A DNA stretch of 64,000 nucleotides. Source: Candidatus Limnocylindrales bacterium. Its GTDB lineage: Bacteria > Chloroflexota > Limnocylindria > Limnocylindrales > CSP1-4. Shown here one piece after another: positions 8,818-18,488 of this stretch (its first letter is position 1; each line of letters starts with the position of its first letter). The notes beneath the pieces were generated by a model that was not told where the DNA came from, searched no databases, and saw only the letters and a list, made by a program, of their open reading frames with translations. The position numbers and the translations under genes are program-made. The stretch lies in assembly GCA_036274475.1 (NCBI GenBank), contig DASUFO010000022.1, forward strand, positions 56,295-120,294. The letters are read 5' to 3'.

Positions 8818-11335
8818 GCCGCGGACGAAGCGCGCCGCCGGGGCCGCGGAACCCGACGGCCGGCCCGTCCTGCACCTCATCGGCAACTCCCACATCGACC
8901 CGGTCTGGCTGTGGCAGTGGCCGGAGGGCTACCAGGAGATCCGGGCGACGTTCCGCTCCGCGCTCGACAGGATGAAGGAGTACCCGGAGTTCATCTTCAC
9001 CTGCGACTCCGTTGCCTACTACGAATGGGTCGAGGAGATCGATCCCGAGATGTTCGAGGAGATCCGGGAGCGGGTCGCCGAAGGCCGCTGGGAGGTGGTC
9101 GGGGGCTGGTGGGTCGAGCCGGACTGCAATCTGCCCGGCGGTGAGTCGTTCGTGAGGCAGGCGCTGCTCGGCCAGCGGTTCTTCCTCGAAAAGTTCGGCC
9201 GGATCGCGACAGTCGGATACAACGTCGACCCGTTCGGCCACAACGCGATGCTGCCGCAGCTCCTCCGCCGGAGCGGCATGGACAGCTATGTGTTCATGCG
9301 TCCCGGGCCGCACGAGCTGAAGCTGCCGGCACCCGTGTTCTGGTGGCAGTCGCCGGACGGCTCGCGCGTCCTTGCGTACCGCCTGCCGCACGAGTACTGC
9401 GCTCCGCGCGAGGATCTCGGGTACCACCTCGACAAGTCGATCGCCCAGCTGCCCGAGCGCTGGAACGAGATGATGGCGTTCTACGGCGTCGGCAACCATG
9501 GCGGCGGGCCGACGCGTGAGAATCTCGACAGCATCCGGCAGCTTGATGCTGCGGGCGCGATGCCCCATCTCCGCCACAGCACCCCGGCCGCGTTCTTCGC
9601 GGAAGCCCGCGCGGGCGGCGACGCGATCCCGGTGTACGCCGACGAGCTGCAGCACCACGCCGTCGGCTGCTATTCGGCGCATTCGGGGATCAAGCGCTGG
9701 ATGCGCCGGACGGAGAACGAGCTCGCGACGGCCGAAGCCTGGGCGGCGATCGGGAACACGGTCTGCGGACGAGCGTATCCACACGCGGAGCTGGGCCGGG
9801 CGTGGCGGCAGGTCCTGTTCAACCAGTTCCACGACACGCTCGGCGGAACCGCGATCGAGCCGGCGTACCGCGACGCTCGCGATCAGCTGGGTGAGGCGGC
9901 GTCGATTGCGGGCCGCGTCCAGAACCTCTCGATCCAGGCGCTCGCCCGCCTCATTGATCTGCCAACGGATCCGAGCCACGTCCCGATCGTCGTCTTCAAC
10001 TCGCACGCCTGGCCGGTTCGTGCCGCAGTCGAGCTCGAGTACGGCGGGCTGAAGCCGTCGGACGGCCTCCGCGACGAAACGGGCGCCCCGATCCCGCTGC
10101 AGCAGGTCCAGTCGTATGCCACGGTCTCGGCGTGGCGCAGCCGGATCGCGTTCGAGGCAGACCTGCCACCGCTCGGCTACCGGACGTACCGGATGACGGC
10201 GGACAGTCCGCGGCCGGACGGGGGCACGCTCCAGGCGACCGGGACGACGCTCGCGAACGATCATGTGTCGGTCACGATCGACGCTGAGACAGGCGCCATT
10301 GCCTCGCTGGTCCTGCGCGAGGACGGCCGGGACGTCGTCGAGCTCGCGGATCCGGGCCGGTCCCGCGCCGTCGTGATCGACGACACGTCCGACACCTGGG
10401 GCCACCGCCGGCTCGCGTATCGCGACGAGATCGGGCGGTTCGAGGTCGACACGGTCGAGCTGATCGAGACCGGGCCGGTCCGCGGACTCCTCCGCGTGAA
10501 CAGCCACTATGGCGACTCGCGGCTGACCGAGGACTTCGTGCTCGGCGCTTCATCTCCGGCGATCGAGGTGCGTGTCGTTCTCGACTGGCGCGAGAAGGCG
10601 AAGATGCTCAAGCTCCGCGTCCCGACGCGGGTCACCGGCCCGGTTGCCGCGTACGAGATCCCGTACGGCGCGATCGAGCGGCCGGCGAACGGCGAGGAGG
10701 AGCCCGGCCAGCGCTGGATCGACGTTTCGGGCTCGGTCGAAGGCGTCGAGGGAACGGTGGGCGTCGCCCTCATGAACGACGCCAAGTACGCGTTCGACAT
10801 CCTCGGCGGCGAGCTCGGCGTCACCGCCGTCCGCAGCCCGATCTACGCCCATCACGAGCCCACGAGCCCGAAACCCGGCATCCGCTACCAGTTCCAGGAC
10901 CAGGGCATCCAGCGATTCACGCTTGCGATCCTGCCCCATCGCGGCGGCTGGGCCGACGCCGGGCTGACTCGCCGGGCGATCGAGCTCAACCAGCGACCGA
11001 CGGTCCTCGTCGAGTCGTATCACGACGGGCCGTTGCCGGCGGCGGGCTCCTACGTCTCGGTCGAGCCCGAGAACGTCATCGTCGCTGCGCTCAAGGTCGC
11101 GGATGACGGCCGTGACCTCGTGATCCGGCTGGCCGAGACCGCGGGGCGGGCGGCTTCGGCCCGCGTCACGCTGTCCGCGTCCGGCGGCGAGTTCACGGTC
11201 GAGATCGGCCCGTTCGAGGTCCGGACGTTCCGGGTCGCTGGCGCCTCCGATGGCACGGGCGGCGCCCCCGGCAGCGGCGCCGGGGGCCCCGTCGAGACGG
11301 ACCTGCTCGAGCGGCCGCTCGCCGTCGAGGGCTGA
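8810..11335 (+). CDS. GH38 alpha-mannosidase
   Basis: Motifs: HLIGNSHIDPVWLWQWPEG and GGWWVEPDCNLPGGES. Start taken as the GTG at 8810 (GTGACTAG overlaps the SIS stop). The GTG at 8798 is an alternative. The listed start at 8543 is an off-gene extension. Confidence 0.88.
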   Translation: MTRPRTKRAAGAAEPDGRPVLHLIGNSHIDPVWLWQWPEGYQEIRATFRSALDRMKEYPEFIFTCDSVAYYEWVEEIDPEMFEEIRERVAEGRWEVVGGWWVEPDCNLPGGESFVRQALLGQRFFLEKFGRIATVGYNVDPFGHNAMLPQLLRRSGMDSYVFMRPGPHELKLPAPVFWWQSPDGSRVLAYRLPHEYCAPREDLGYHLDKSIAQLPERWNEMMAFYGVGNHGGGPTRENLDSIRQLDAAGAMPHLRHSTPAAFFAEARAGGDAIPVYADELQHHAVGCYSAHSGIKRWMRRTENELATAEAWAAIGNTVCGRAYPHAELGRAWRQVLFNQFHDTLGGTAIEPAYRDARDQLGEAASIAGRVQNLSIQALARLIDLPTDPSHVPIVVFNSHAWPVRAAVELEYGGLKPSDGLRDETGAPIPLQQVQSYATVSAWRSRIAFEADLPPLGYRTYRMTADSPRPDGGTLQATGTTLANDHVSVTIDAETGAIASLVLREDGRDVVELADPGRSRAVVIDDTSDTWGHRRLAYRDEIGRFEVDTVELIETGPVRGLLRVNSHYGDSRLTEDFVLGASSPAIEVRVVLDWREKAKMLKLRVPTRVTGPVAAYEIPYGAIERPANGEEEPGQRWIDVSGSVEGVEGTVGVALMNDAKYAFDILGGELGVTAVRSPIYAHHEPTSPKPGIRYQFQDQGIQRFTLAILPHRGGWADAGLTRRAIELNQRPTVLVESYHDGPLPAAGSYVSVEPENVIVAALKVADDGRDLVIRLAETAGRAASARVTLSASGGEFTVEIGPFEVRTFRVAGASDGTGGAPGSGAGGPVETDLLERPLAVEG

Positions 11336-13953
11336 TGCGCGAGACGGTCTCGCTCGACGGGAGCGAGTGGCGGATCAAGGGCCATCTCGGCCTCGACGCG
11401 GCGCTCGCCGCGGCGGCGAGGCCCCGCGACGATGGCGACGGCTGGCTCCCGGCGACCGTCCCCGGCAGCGTCATCAACGACCTCTGGGTTGCGGGTCATG
11501 TCGCCGATCCGTACCACGGGCTGAACAGCCTCCAGGCGGAGTGGGTCCCGGAACGAGCGTGGACGTATCGGCGGGCGCTGCCGTCGGTCCCGCCGACGTC
11601 TGACGGTGCCTCGGTGCGGCTCCGGTTCGACGGCGTCGACCATGCCTGCCACGTGTTCGTGGATGGCGACCTCGTCGGACGCCATGATGGGATGTTCAGG
11701 CCGTTCGAGGTCGAGCTCGGGTCGCGCCTGAGCCGCCGCGGCGGCGCCGGCGACGTCGGCGGCCCCGAGCTCGCGGTGGTCGTGGAGCCGGCGCCGGAGA
11801 TCGAGCCGCAGACGGGGCGCACGAGCCGCGTTCGCGTCCACAAGTCGCGGATGGGCTACGGCTGGGACTTCTGCCCGCGGCTGGTCCACCAGGGAATCTG
11901 GCAGTCCGTCACGCTCACGACGGCCGACGCTGCCCGGATCGTGGACGTCTGGGCCCGACCGCACCTCGCCGACGACTTCGCGTCGGCGACCGTTCAGGTC
12001 CGCGTCGCGCTCGAGGCGCCGCATGGCGCGAGCGTCCGCGTCGCCGCCCGGCTCGCCGGACCGTCCTCGGCGAGGGCCTCGACAACGGTCGACGTCGGGT
12101 CCGGCGCGTCGGAGGTCGGGCTCTCGTTCGATGTCGAGCGCCCCGCGCTGTGGTGGGCGACCGGCCTCGGCGAGGCGGCGCTCCACCGGCTCGACGTGAC
12201 GCTCACGACGGCGGAAGGCCGGCCACTCGATGGGCGAACCGTTCCGCTCGGGTTCCGGCGGATCGAGCTGCTTCCGAACGAGAGCGGTCCGACGGGCGCC
12301 CGGCCGTTCACGTTCGCGGTGAACGGGCGGCGGATGTACGCGAACGGCTGGAACTGGGTCCCGGCCGATGCCCTCTACGGCGCGACGCCGCCCGACCGCG
12401 TTGAGCACCTCCTGCGGCTCGCGGGGGCCGCCAATGTGAACCTGCTCCGCGTCTGGGGCGGCGGTCTCATCGAGACCGAAGCGTTCTACGACGCGTGCGA
12501 CCGGCTCGGCATCCTCGTCTGGCAGGAGTTCGTCCAGTCGAGCTCCGGGATCGAGAACGAACCATCGCGCGACCCGGCGTTCGTCGAGCTCATGCGGCGT
12601 GAGGCCGAGGCGATCGTCCCGCTCCGCCGCAACCACCCCTCGCTCGCGCTGTGGTGCGGCGGCAACGAGCTCGCCGACGACGCGGGCCCGCTCGACGACG
12701 ACCGCTCCCCGGTCCTCGCGGCGCTGCACGGCGTCGTGAACCGGCTCGACCCGGACAGGCTCTGGCTGCCGACGTCGCCGATCGGGCCGCAGCACTTCAA
12801 CCGGCTCGAGGCGATCGAGTCGGATCCGGACGGACTTCACGACGTCCACGGACCTTACGAGCACCAGGGACTCCGGGGACAGTACGAGCTGTACGACCGC
12901 GGGACGTCGTTGCTCAACGGCGAGTTCGGCGTCGAAGGGATGACGAACCGCCGGACGCTGGGCGCGCTGGTCAGCGAGCCCGACCGATGGCCGCCGACCC
13001 GAGCGAACCGCGTCTACCGCCATCTCGGCGACTGGTGGATCAACGAGCCGCTCGTCCAGGCGTCGTTCGCTGGCCGGCTCGGCGATCTCGAGGCGGTCCG
13101 GCGAGCGAGCCAGCTGCTCCAGGCCGACGGGCTCCGGTACGCGATCGAGGCGAACCGCCGGCGCTGGCCGCGGCACAGCGGCTCGATTCCGTGGCAGTTC
13201 AACGAGCCATACCCGAACGCGTGGTGCACGTCCGCGGTCGATCATCGGGGCGACCCGAAACCGGCGTACTTCGCGGTCGCCCGGGCGTACGCGCAGACCG
13301 TCGTCGCGGCCCGCTTCGACGGCGCGGTTCTCGAGCGAGCAGGCCGGCTGCGGTTCGAGCCCTGGGCGTGGACGAGCGACGCCGCGATCAGGGCCGGGAC
13401 CGTTCGCTGGCGTGTCGTCGACGCCGATGCCGTCGTCGCGGGCGAGGGCTCGGCCGGGGTCGAGCTGTCCGTGGCAGCGTCCGTTGCCGTCGGAAGGCCG
13501 GGCGACATCGACATTCGCGGCCTCGGCGCCGTCGTGTTCCTCGATCTCCAGCTGGAGGACGCCGATGGCACGACGCGAGCGGTGAACCGCTATCGGTTCG
13601 CCGCCGGCTCGGACCTTGGACCCCTGCTCGACCTGCGCCCGGCCACGGTCCTCGCGTCCGTCTCGGGCAACGGCGACGGCGACGGCGACGAGTGGTCGGT
13701 CGACGTGCGCCACGTGGAGGGCCCCGCTGCGATCGCCGTGCGACTCGAGGACGACCGGCCGATCGACTCGCCGGGCTGGGCCGAGATCGACGACGGCGGG
13801 TTCGACATGCTCCCGGGCGAGCGGCGCCGTCTCTCGGTTCGCTGGGCATCCGCCCCCGTCGCCGGCCGGCTCCTCCGAATGAGCGGCTGGAATGTCGTCG
13901 ACGCAGCGGTCGGGCTTGCCGGCGGGCCGCTCGTTGCCGGGACCACGGGATGA
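11335..13953 (+). CDS. GH2 exo-glycosidase (beta-mannosidase or exo-beta-D-glucosaminidase subfamily)
   Basis: Motifs: WLPATVPGSVINDLWVAGHVADPYHGLN, NLLRVWGGGLIE and LALWCGGNE (acid/base region). TGATG overlap with the GH38 stop. Confidence 0.85.
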   Translation: MRETVSLDGSEWRIKGHLGLDAALAAAARPRDDGDGWLPATVPGSVINDLWVAGHVADPYHGLNSLQAEWVPERAWTYRRALPSVPPTSDGASVRLRFDGVDHACHVFVDGDLVGRHDGMFRPFEVELGSRLSRRGGAGDVGGPELAVVVEPAPEIEPQTGRTSRVRVHKSRMGYGWDFCPRLVHQGIWQSVTLTTADAARIVDVWARPHLADDFASATVQVRVALEAPHGASVRVAARLAGPSSARASTTVDVGSGASEVGLSFDVERPALWWATGLGEAALHRLDVTLTTAEGRPLDGRTVPLGFRRIELLPNESGPTGARPFTFAVNGRRMYANGWNWVPADALYGATPPDRVEHLLRLAGAANVNLLRVWGGGLIETEAFYDACDRLGILVWQEFVQSSSGIENEPSRDPAFVELMRREAEAIVPLRRNHPSLALWCGGNELADDAGPLDDDRSPVLAALHGVVNRLDPDRLWLPTSPIGPQHFNRLEAIESDPDGLHDVHGPYEHQGLRGQYELYDRGTSLLNGEFGVEGMTNRRTLGALVSEPDRWPPTRANRVYRHLGDWWINEPLVQASFAGRLGDLEAVRRASQLLQADGLRYAIEANRRRWPRHSGSIPWQFNEPYPNAWCTSAVDHRGDPKPAYFAVARAYAQTVVAARFDGAVLERAGRLRFEPWAWTSDAAIRAGTVRWRVVDADAVVAGEGSAGVELSVAASVAVGRPGDIDIRGLGAVVFLDLQLEDADGTTRAVNRYRFAAGSDLGPLLDLRPATVLASVSGNGDGDGDEWSVDVRHVEGPAAIAVRLEDDRPIDSPGWAEIDDGGFDMLPGERRRLSVRWASAPVAGRLLRMSGWNVVDAAVGLAGGPLVAGTTG

Positions 13954-15986
13954 CCGTGGCGCTGCCGCCACCCGAGCGCCTCGTGCCGTGGCTCGCCCTG
14001 TTGCGCGATGGCGAGACCGAGATCGACCGGGTGCCGGTTGCGTCCGTGACTCCGGCCGGCGGCGGCGGGCTCCGCCTCGTCGGCGAAGGATCCGCGTTCT
14101 GTGGTGTCGCGACGTGGTCCGCCGTCGACGGCCACGCGCCCCACTGGGATGTGACGCTCGAGCTCCGGTTCGCGGGCCGTGATGCCGTCGATGCAGGAGT
14201 CGAGATCGCGATCCGTCTCGGTCCGAGCGGCGACCCGCGCTGGCTGATCCCCGGCCTGTTCTACGGCGAGAACCGGCTCGCGGCGAGCCGGTCGCGATAC
14301 CCGCGCTGGTCGCCCATGGACCGTCCGCCCGACGACCCGTTCGTCGCGTCCGGCTGGACGTTCCGAGCGGACCGGGCCGCGACCGCGGCGGTCGCAGCAT
14401 CGGCCGGTGGCCGGGTCGTCGTCGTGGCCACGAACGCCGTGACGGAGCTGGGCCTGAGCGGGATCGGGTTCTCCGGCGGGGGCCCCGGCGGCGGCCCCGC
14501 GGAGCTCCGGATCTGCGCTCCGTATCGGGAGGAGCCGGTCGTCTACGACGGCGGCGACGCCCCGCTGAGCGCGGACCTCCCGACCCATCGCTGGGAGCCG
14601 GGCGAGTCGGTCCGCCTGTCGTTCCGCGTGTACGCCGCGGCCGCGGGTCGCGCGGCGTGGGCCCCGGCACTGCGCGACCTCGCGGCTCGCGAGGCGGCGG
14701 CGGTCGCGCCGCGCGTGGACCTCGTCGAAGCCGCCGACCTCGCGTGTGATGGCCTCCTCCGCTGGCACTTCGACGATTCCGTCGACGCGATCTACGAGAC
14801 GGCCGCCTTCGATCGCGACGACGCCCCGCCCGGCAGGGCGGCCGGCGACCGGCGCGCGATGCACGTGGCCTGGCTGAGCGGCGCACCTGTCGCAGCCGCC
14901 CTGCTGGCGCACGCCGCCAGGACCGGGCGCGAGGATGCGCGCCACGCAGGCGAGGCCGTGATCGATGCGATCTGCGCGAACCGCGCCCCGTGCGGCACGT
15001 TCTGGGGCCAGTGGTCGGCCGAGCGGGGGTGGGGCAAGGGCTGGACGCCCGGCGACGACGCGCTCCAGGCGAGGACGATCGCGGAGGCGACGCTGTTCAC
15101 GCTGCGGGCGTCGAGCGGCGACGCGGGCTCGCGCGACACGGGCTCGCGCGACACGGGCTCGCGCGACACGGCTTGGCGCGACGCGGCAAGCACGAATCTC
15201 CGGTTCATCGTCGAGCGACAACGCGACGACGGCGCCCTGCCTGCGATCTGGAACGGCCGAACCGGCGACCCGGCGTCGTGGGATGGATCGGCCGGACTCG
15301 CCTGGGTCCCGGCGCTCGTCGAAGGTGGCGCACTGCTCGACGACGCGTCGCTGCCGGCGGCCGCGCAACGGGCCGGCTCGTACTACGCCGGGTTCGTCGA
15401 TCGTGAGTTCCTGTACGGCGCGCCGGAAGACGTCGACCTCGGACCGACCTCGGAGGACGGCTACGCCGCCGTGATGGCGTACGTCGCGCTCGCCGAGGCG
15501 GCCCCGACCGTCGGCGAGCGCAATCGGTGGCTCGATCTCGCGCGGCGCTCCGCGGAGTGGATGCTGACGTTCCGCTACTCGTGGGACGTGCCGTTCCCCT
15601 CGGCGTCGACGCTGGGCCGGGCGGGTTTCCGAACGAGGGGCCTCGATCTCGCCTCGCCGGCCAACCAGCACCTTCACACCTACGGCCTGATCTGCGTCCC
15701 GGAGCTCGTCCGGCTGGGGGTCGCGCTCGAGGACCCCTACCTCGTGGGCCGCGCCCGCGAGCACCTCGCCGCTGCGCGACAGGTCATCGTCCGCGCGGAT
15801 GGCGAGTTCGGCGGACGCCGGGGCATGACGCCGGAGCGCTACTACCAGACGCGCTACGGCGGACCGATCGGCGAGATCGGCCGGCTGTCGCACGCCTGGT
15901 CGCTGGGACTCCTCCTCTGGGCGTGCGAGGCGGCGCTGACGATTCCGAAGCTGGCCGATGCAGGGACGAGCACCGGTGCGGCCTGA
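13950..15986 (+). CDS. Uncharacterised 678-aa protein, possibly an (alpha/alpha)6-barrel glycan-processing enzyme
   Basis: The ATG at 13950 overlaps the GH2 stop (ATGA). The C-terminal 350 aa are helix-rich with repeated W/Y-containing hairpin-like segments (FIVERQRDDGALPAIWN, GLAWVPALVEGG, AEWMLTFRYSWD, HAWSLGLLLWACE). Contains an in-frame GSRDT x3 repeat. Confidence 0.6.
   Translation: MTVALPPPERLVPWLALLRDGETEIDRVPVASVTPAGGGGLRLVGEGSAFCGVATWSAVDGHAPHWDVTLELRFAGRDAVDAGVEIAIRLGPSGDPRWLIPGLFYGENRLAASRSRYPRWSPMDRPPDDPFVASGWTFRADRAATAAVAASAGGRVVVVATNAVTELGLSGIGFSGGGPGGGPAELRICAPYREEPVVYDGGDAPLSADLPTHRWEPGESVRLSFRVYAAAAGRAAWAPALRDLAAREAAAVAPRVDLVEAADLACDGLLRWHFDDSVDAIYETAAFDRDDAPPGRAAGDRRAMHVAWLSGAPVAAALLAHAARTGREDARHAGEAVIDAICANRAPCGTFWGQWSAERGWGKGWTPGDDALQARTIAEATLFTLRASSGDAGSRDTGSRDTGSRDTAWRDAASTNLRFIVERQRDDGALPAIWNGRTGDPASWDGSAGLAWVPALVEGGALLDDASLPAAAQRAGSYYAGFVDREFLYGAPEDVDLGPTSEDGYAAVMAYVALAEAAPTVGERNRWLDLARRSAEWMLTFRYSWDVPFPSASTLGRAGFRTRGLDLASPANQHLHTYGLICVPELVRLGVALEDPYLVGRAREHLAAARQVIVRADGEFGGRRGMTPERYYQTRYGGPIGEIGRLSHAWSLGLLLWACEAALTIPKLADAGTSTGAA
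15125..15184 (+). repeat. 15-bp in-frame tandem repeat (three perfect copies plus one degenerate copy)
   Basis: gggctcgcgcgacac occurs at 15125-15139, 15140-15154 and 15155-15169, followed by the degenerate ggcttggcgcgacgc. It encodes GSRDT-GSRDT-GSRDT-AWRDA. Confidence 0.95.
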
Positions 15987-17073
15987 CGGCCCCTACCACC
16001 GGCCGTGGCTGGTGCCACCGAACCGCGTGTCGCGGTTCTACCATGGCGGCCTGCTCCTCGATCGATTCCGCGGGTCGCCGGCGCCCGCCGACACGAATGA
16101 GCCCGAGGACTGGGTCGGCTCGGCGACGCGGGCCTGGACGCCGCCCGGAACGCCCCTGACCGACGAGGGCCTGGCGGTGGTCGACGTCGGTGGTGAGCCG
16201 CGCCGCGTCGCCGACCTGCTGGCCGCGGACCCGGAGGCCGTGGCGGGTCGCGCGCTCGTGGCCGCGGCAGGGCCGACCACCGGCGTCCTGGTCAAGCTGC
16301 TCGACGCAGCCATTCGGCTGCCCGTCCACGCCCACCCGACCCGGTCGTTCGCGCGCCGCCACCTCGGCTCGTTCTTCGGCAAGGCGGAGGCGTGGATCGT
16401 GCTCCGGACGCGGCGTGTCGACGGCGAGCCGCCGCCCCGCGTCCGCATCGGGTTCGCCCGCGACATCGGCCGGGACGAGCTGCGGACCTGGATCGAGACC
16501 GAAGCGTCGGGCCCGTTGCTCGACGCGCTCGGCGATCAGCCGACCCAACCCGGCGACGCCTGGTTCGTGCCGCCCGGCGTCCCCCACGCGATCGGCGCCG
16601 GGGTGTTCATCCTCGAGGTCCAGGAGCCGAGCGACTTCTCGATCGTGGCCGAGACGGCGGGCTTCCCGATCGACCGCGACGACGCCCATCTCCGGCTCGG
16701 CTGGGACGTGATGCTCGATGCGATCGATCGCCGGGCGCTCCTATCGGCGGTTCCCGGCCGGGTCCCGGACGCGACGGCCGCGAACACGCTCAGCCCCTTG
16801 TTGCCTAGGCGTGCGGATCCGTATTTCCGGGCCGACCAGCTCACGATCGCCGGCGAGGCAGGCGCCGTTCTCGACGACGCGTTCAGCGTCGGCGTCGTCA
16901 CCGCCGGGTCCGGAATCGTGGAGGTCGATCGCGCGACGCTCCAGCTTCGCCCCGGCGTCACGTTCGCGCTGCCGGCCGCCGCGGCGCCGGACGCGACGTT
17001 CCGTGCCGTTCATGGCATGACCGTCCTGGTCTGCCGTGGCCCGCGCGCTGCCGATCTCGAGGTGGCCGCATGA
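15958..17073 (+). CDS. manA: Class I mannose-6-phosphate isomerase
   Basis: Motifs: VKLLDAAIRLPVHAHP, EAWIVL, PPGVPHAIGAGVFILEVQEPSDFS. The start overlaps the upstream gene (ATG at 15958 or GTG at 15976). Confidence 0.85.
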   Translation: MQGRAPVRPDGPYHRPWLVPPNRVSRFYHGGLLLDRFRGSPAPADTNEPEDWVGSATRAWTPPGTPLTDEGLAVVDVGGEPRRVADLLAADPEAVAGRALVAAAGPTTGVLVKLLDAAIRLPVHAHPTRSFARRHLGSFFGKAEAWIVLRTRRVDGEPPPRVRIGFARDIGRDELRTWIETEASGPLLDALGDQPTQPGDAWFVPPGVPHAIGAGVFILEVQEPSDFSIVAETAGFPIDRDDAHLRLGWDVMLDAIDRRALLSAVPGRVPDATAANTLSPLLPRRADPYFRADQLTIAGEAGAVLDDAFSVGVVTAGSGIVEVDRATLQLRPGVTFALPAAAAPDATFRAVHGMTVLVCRGPRAADLEVAA

Positions 17074-18488
17074 TGGCGCCGTTCCCGGACGGCTTCGTGT
17101 GGGGCGTCGCGACGTCCGCGTTCCAGGTCGAGGGCGCCCTCGACAAGGACGGCCGCGGGCCGTCGATCTGGGATCGCTTCTGCCGCGTTCCCGGCGCGAT
17201 CGCGAACGGCGACATCGCCGACGTCACCGCCGACCATTACCACCGCTGGCTGGAGGACGTCGAGATCATGGCCGGGCTCGGCGTCCGGGCGTATCGATTC
17301 TCGATCGCGTGGCCGCGCATCCAGCCAACCGGCCGCAGCCCGGTGAACGCCAAGGGCATGGCGTGGTACGACCGCCTCGTCGACGCGCTGCTCGAGCGCG
17401 ACATCGCGCCCTGTCCGACGCTCTACCACTGGGACCTCCCGGCCGCGTTCGACGACGCTGGTGGCTGGCTCGACCGCTCGACAGCCGAGCGCTTCGGCGA
17501 GTACAGCCGGCTCTGCTTCGACGCGCTCGGCGACCGCGTCGGGACATGGTTCACGATCAACGAGCCGTGGGTCGCGGCGACGCTCGGCTACCGCCTCGGG
17601 ATCCACGCGCCAGGCCGTCGGGACCTGGCCGCGGCCGTCCGCGCGTCGCACGAGCTGCTGCGAGCCCACGCGGCGGCGGTCGAGGCGTTCCGGGCATCCG
17701 GCGCCGGCGCCCGCGGCCGGATCGGGCCGGTCCTCAACCTCATGCCGACGTACCCCGCGACCGACTCGGACGCCGATCGCGAGGCGGCGGTCGGCTCCGA
17801 CGGCTACACGAATCGCTGGTTCCTGGATCCGATCCTCCGGGGAGCGTACCCGGCGGACACGTTCGAGCTGCTCGAGCGCCTCGCCGGTCCGTTCGACTGG
17901 CTCGAGCCCGAGGACCTCGCGCGGATCGGCCGCCCGGTCGACCTCGTCGGCGTGAACTACTACGCGCGGCGGGTCGTCACCGCAGGCCGCACCGAGGATG
18001 GGCTGCCGTGGCGCGTGGTCCCTGCCACGCCGGGGATCCCGACGACCGACACCGGCTGGGAGATCACCCCCGAGTGCCTGACCGACCTGCTCGTCCGCGT
18101 CCGAACGGACTACGGCGACGTCCCGCTGCTCGTCACGGAGAACGGCTGCGTGTTCCTCGACGCGCCCGATCCGGCGGGTCGCATCGCGGACGCCGGACGG
18201 GTCCGGTTCCTCCGCGACCACCTCGCCGCGATCCGGGCGGCGATCGACGCCGGCGTCCGGGTCGAGGGCTACTTCGCCTGGTCGCTGCTCGACAACTTCG
18301 AATGGGCGGAGGGCTTGCGGTCGCGGTTCGGCCTGGTCCACGTCGACTATCCCAGTGGGCGACGGCTCGTGAAGGACTCGGGCCACGCCTACGCTCGGAT
18401 CATCGCGGCGAACGGCATTGACCAAGCGGACGTGGCTCCGCGCGCGGACGCGGTCGGCCGACCGGTGATCGCGGTCGGCGGCGAATGA
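17070..18488 (+). CDS. GH1 beta-glucosidase-type glycosidase
   Basis: Acid/base motif TINEPW and nucleophile motif LVTENG. N-terminus: FPDGFVWGVATSAFQVEGA. ATGA overlap. Confidence 0.92.
   Translation: MMAPFPDGFVWGVATSAFQVEGALDKDGRGPSIWDRFCRVPGAIANGDIADVTADHYHRWLEDVEIMAGLGVRAYRFSIAWPRIQPTGRSPVNAKGMAWYDRLVDALLERDIAPCPTLYHWDLPAAFDDAGGWLDRSTAERFGEYSRLCFDALGDRVGTWFTINEPWVAATLGYRLGIHAPGRRDLAAAVRASHELLRAHAAAVEAFRASGAGARGRIGPVLNLMPTYPATDSDADREAAVGSDGYTNRWFLDPILRGAYPADTFELLERLAGPFDWLEPEDLARIGRPVDLVGVNYYARRVVTAGRTEDGLPWRVVPATPGIPTTDTGWEITPECLTDLLVRVRTDYGDVPLLVTENGCVFLDAPDPAGRIADAGRVRFLRDHLAAIRAAIDAGVRVEGYFAWSLLDNFEWAEGLRSRFGLVHVDYPSGRRLVKDSGHAYARIIAANGIDQADVAPRADAVGRPVIAVGGE

Noticed and set aside
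11050-14886. 1278-aa minus-strand ORF, the longest in the track
   Set aside because: It is antisense to the GH2 gene and the following gene. The translation is dominated by Arg/Pro/Gly/Ala runs ([11 protein letters not shown]..) with no motifs, while the plus strand carries clear GH2 signatures. This is a typical shadow ORF of a high-GC genome.
15125-15184. CRISPR-like or minisatellite array
   Set aside because: The 15-bp units are directly adjacent without spacers. They are in frame inside a CDS and number only 3-4 copies. No cas genes or other repeat arrays are in the window.
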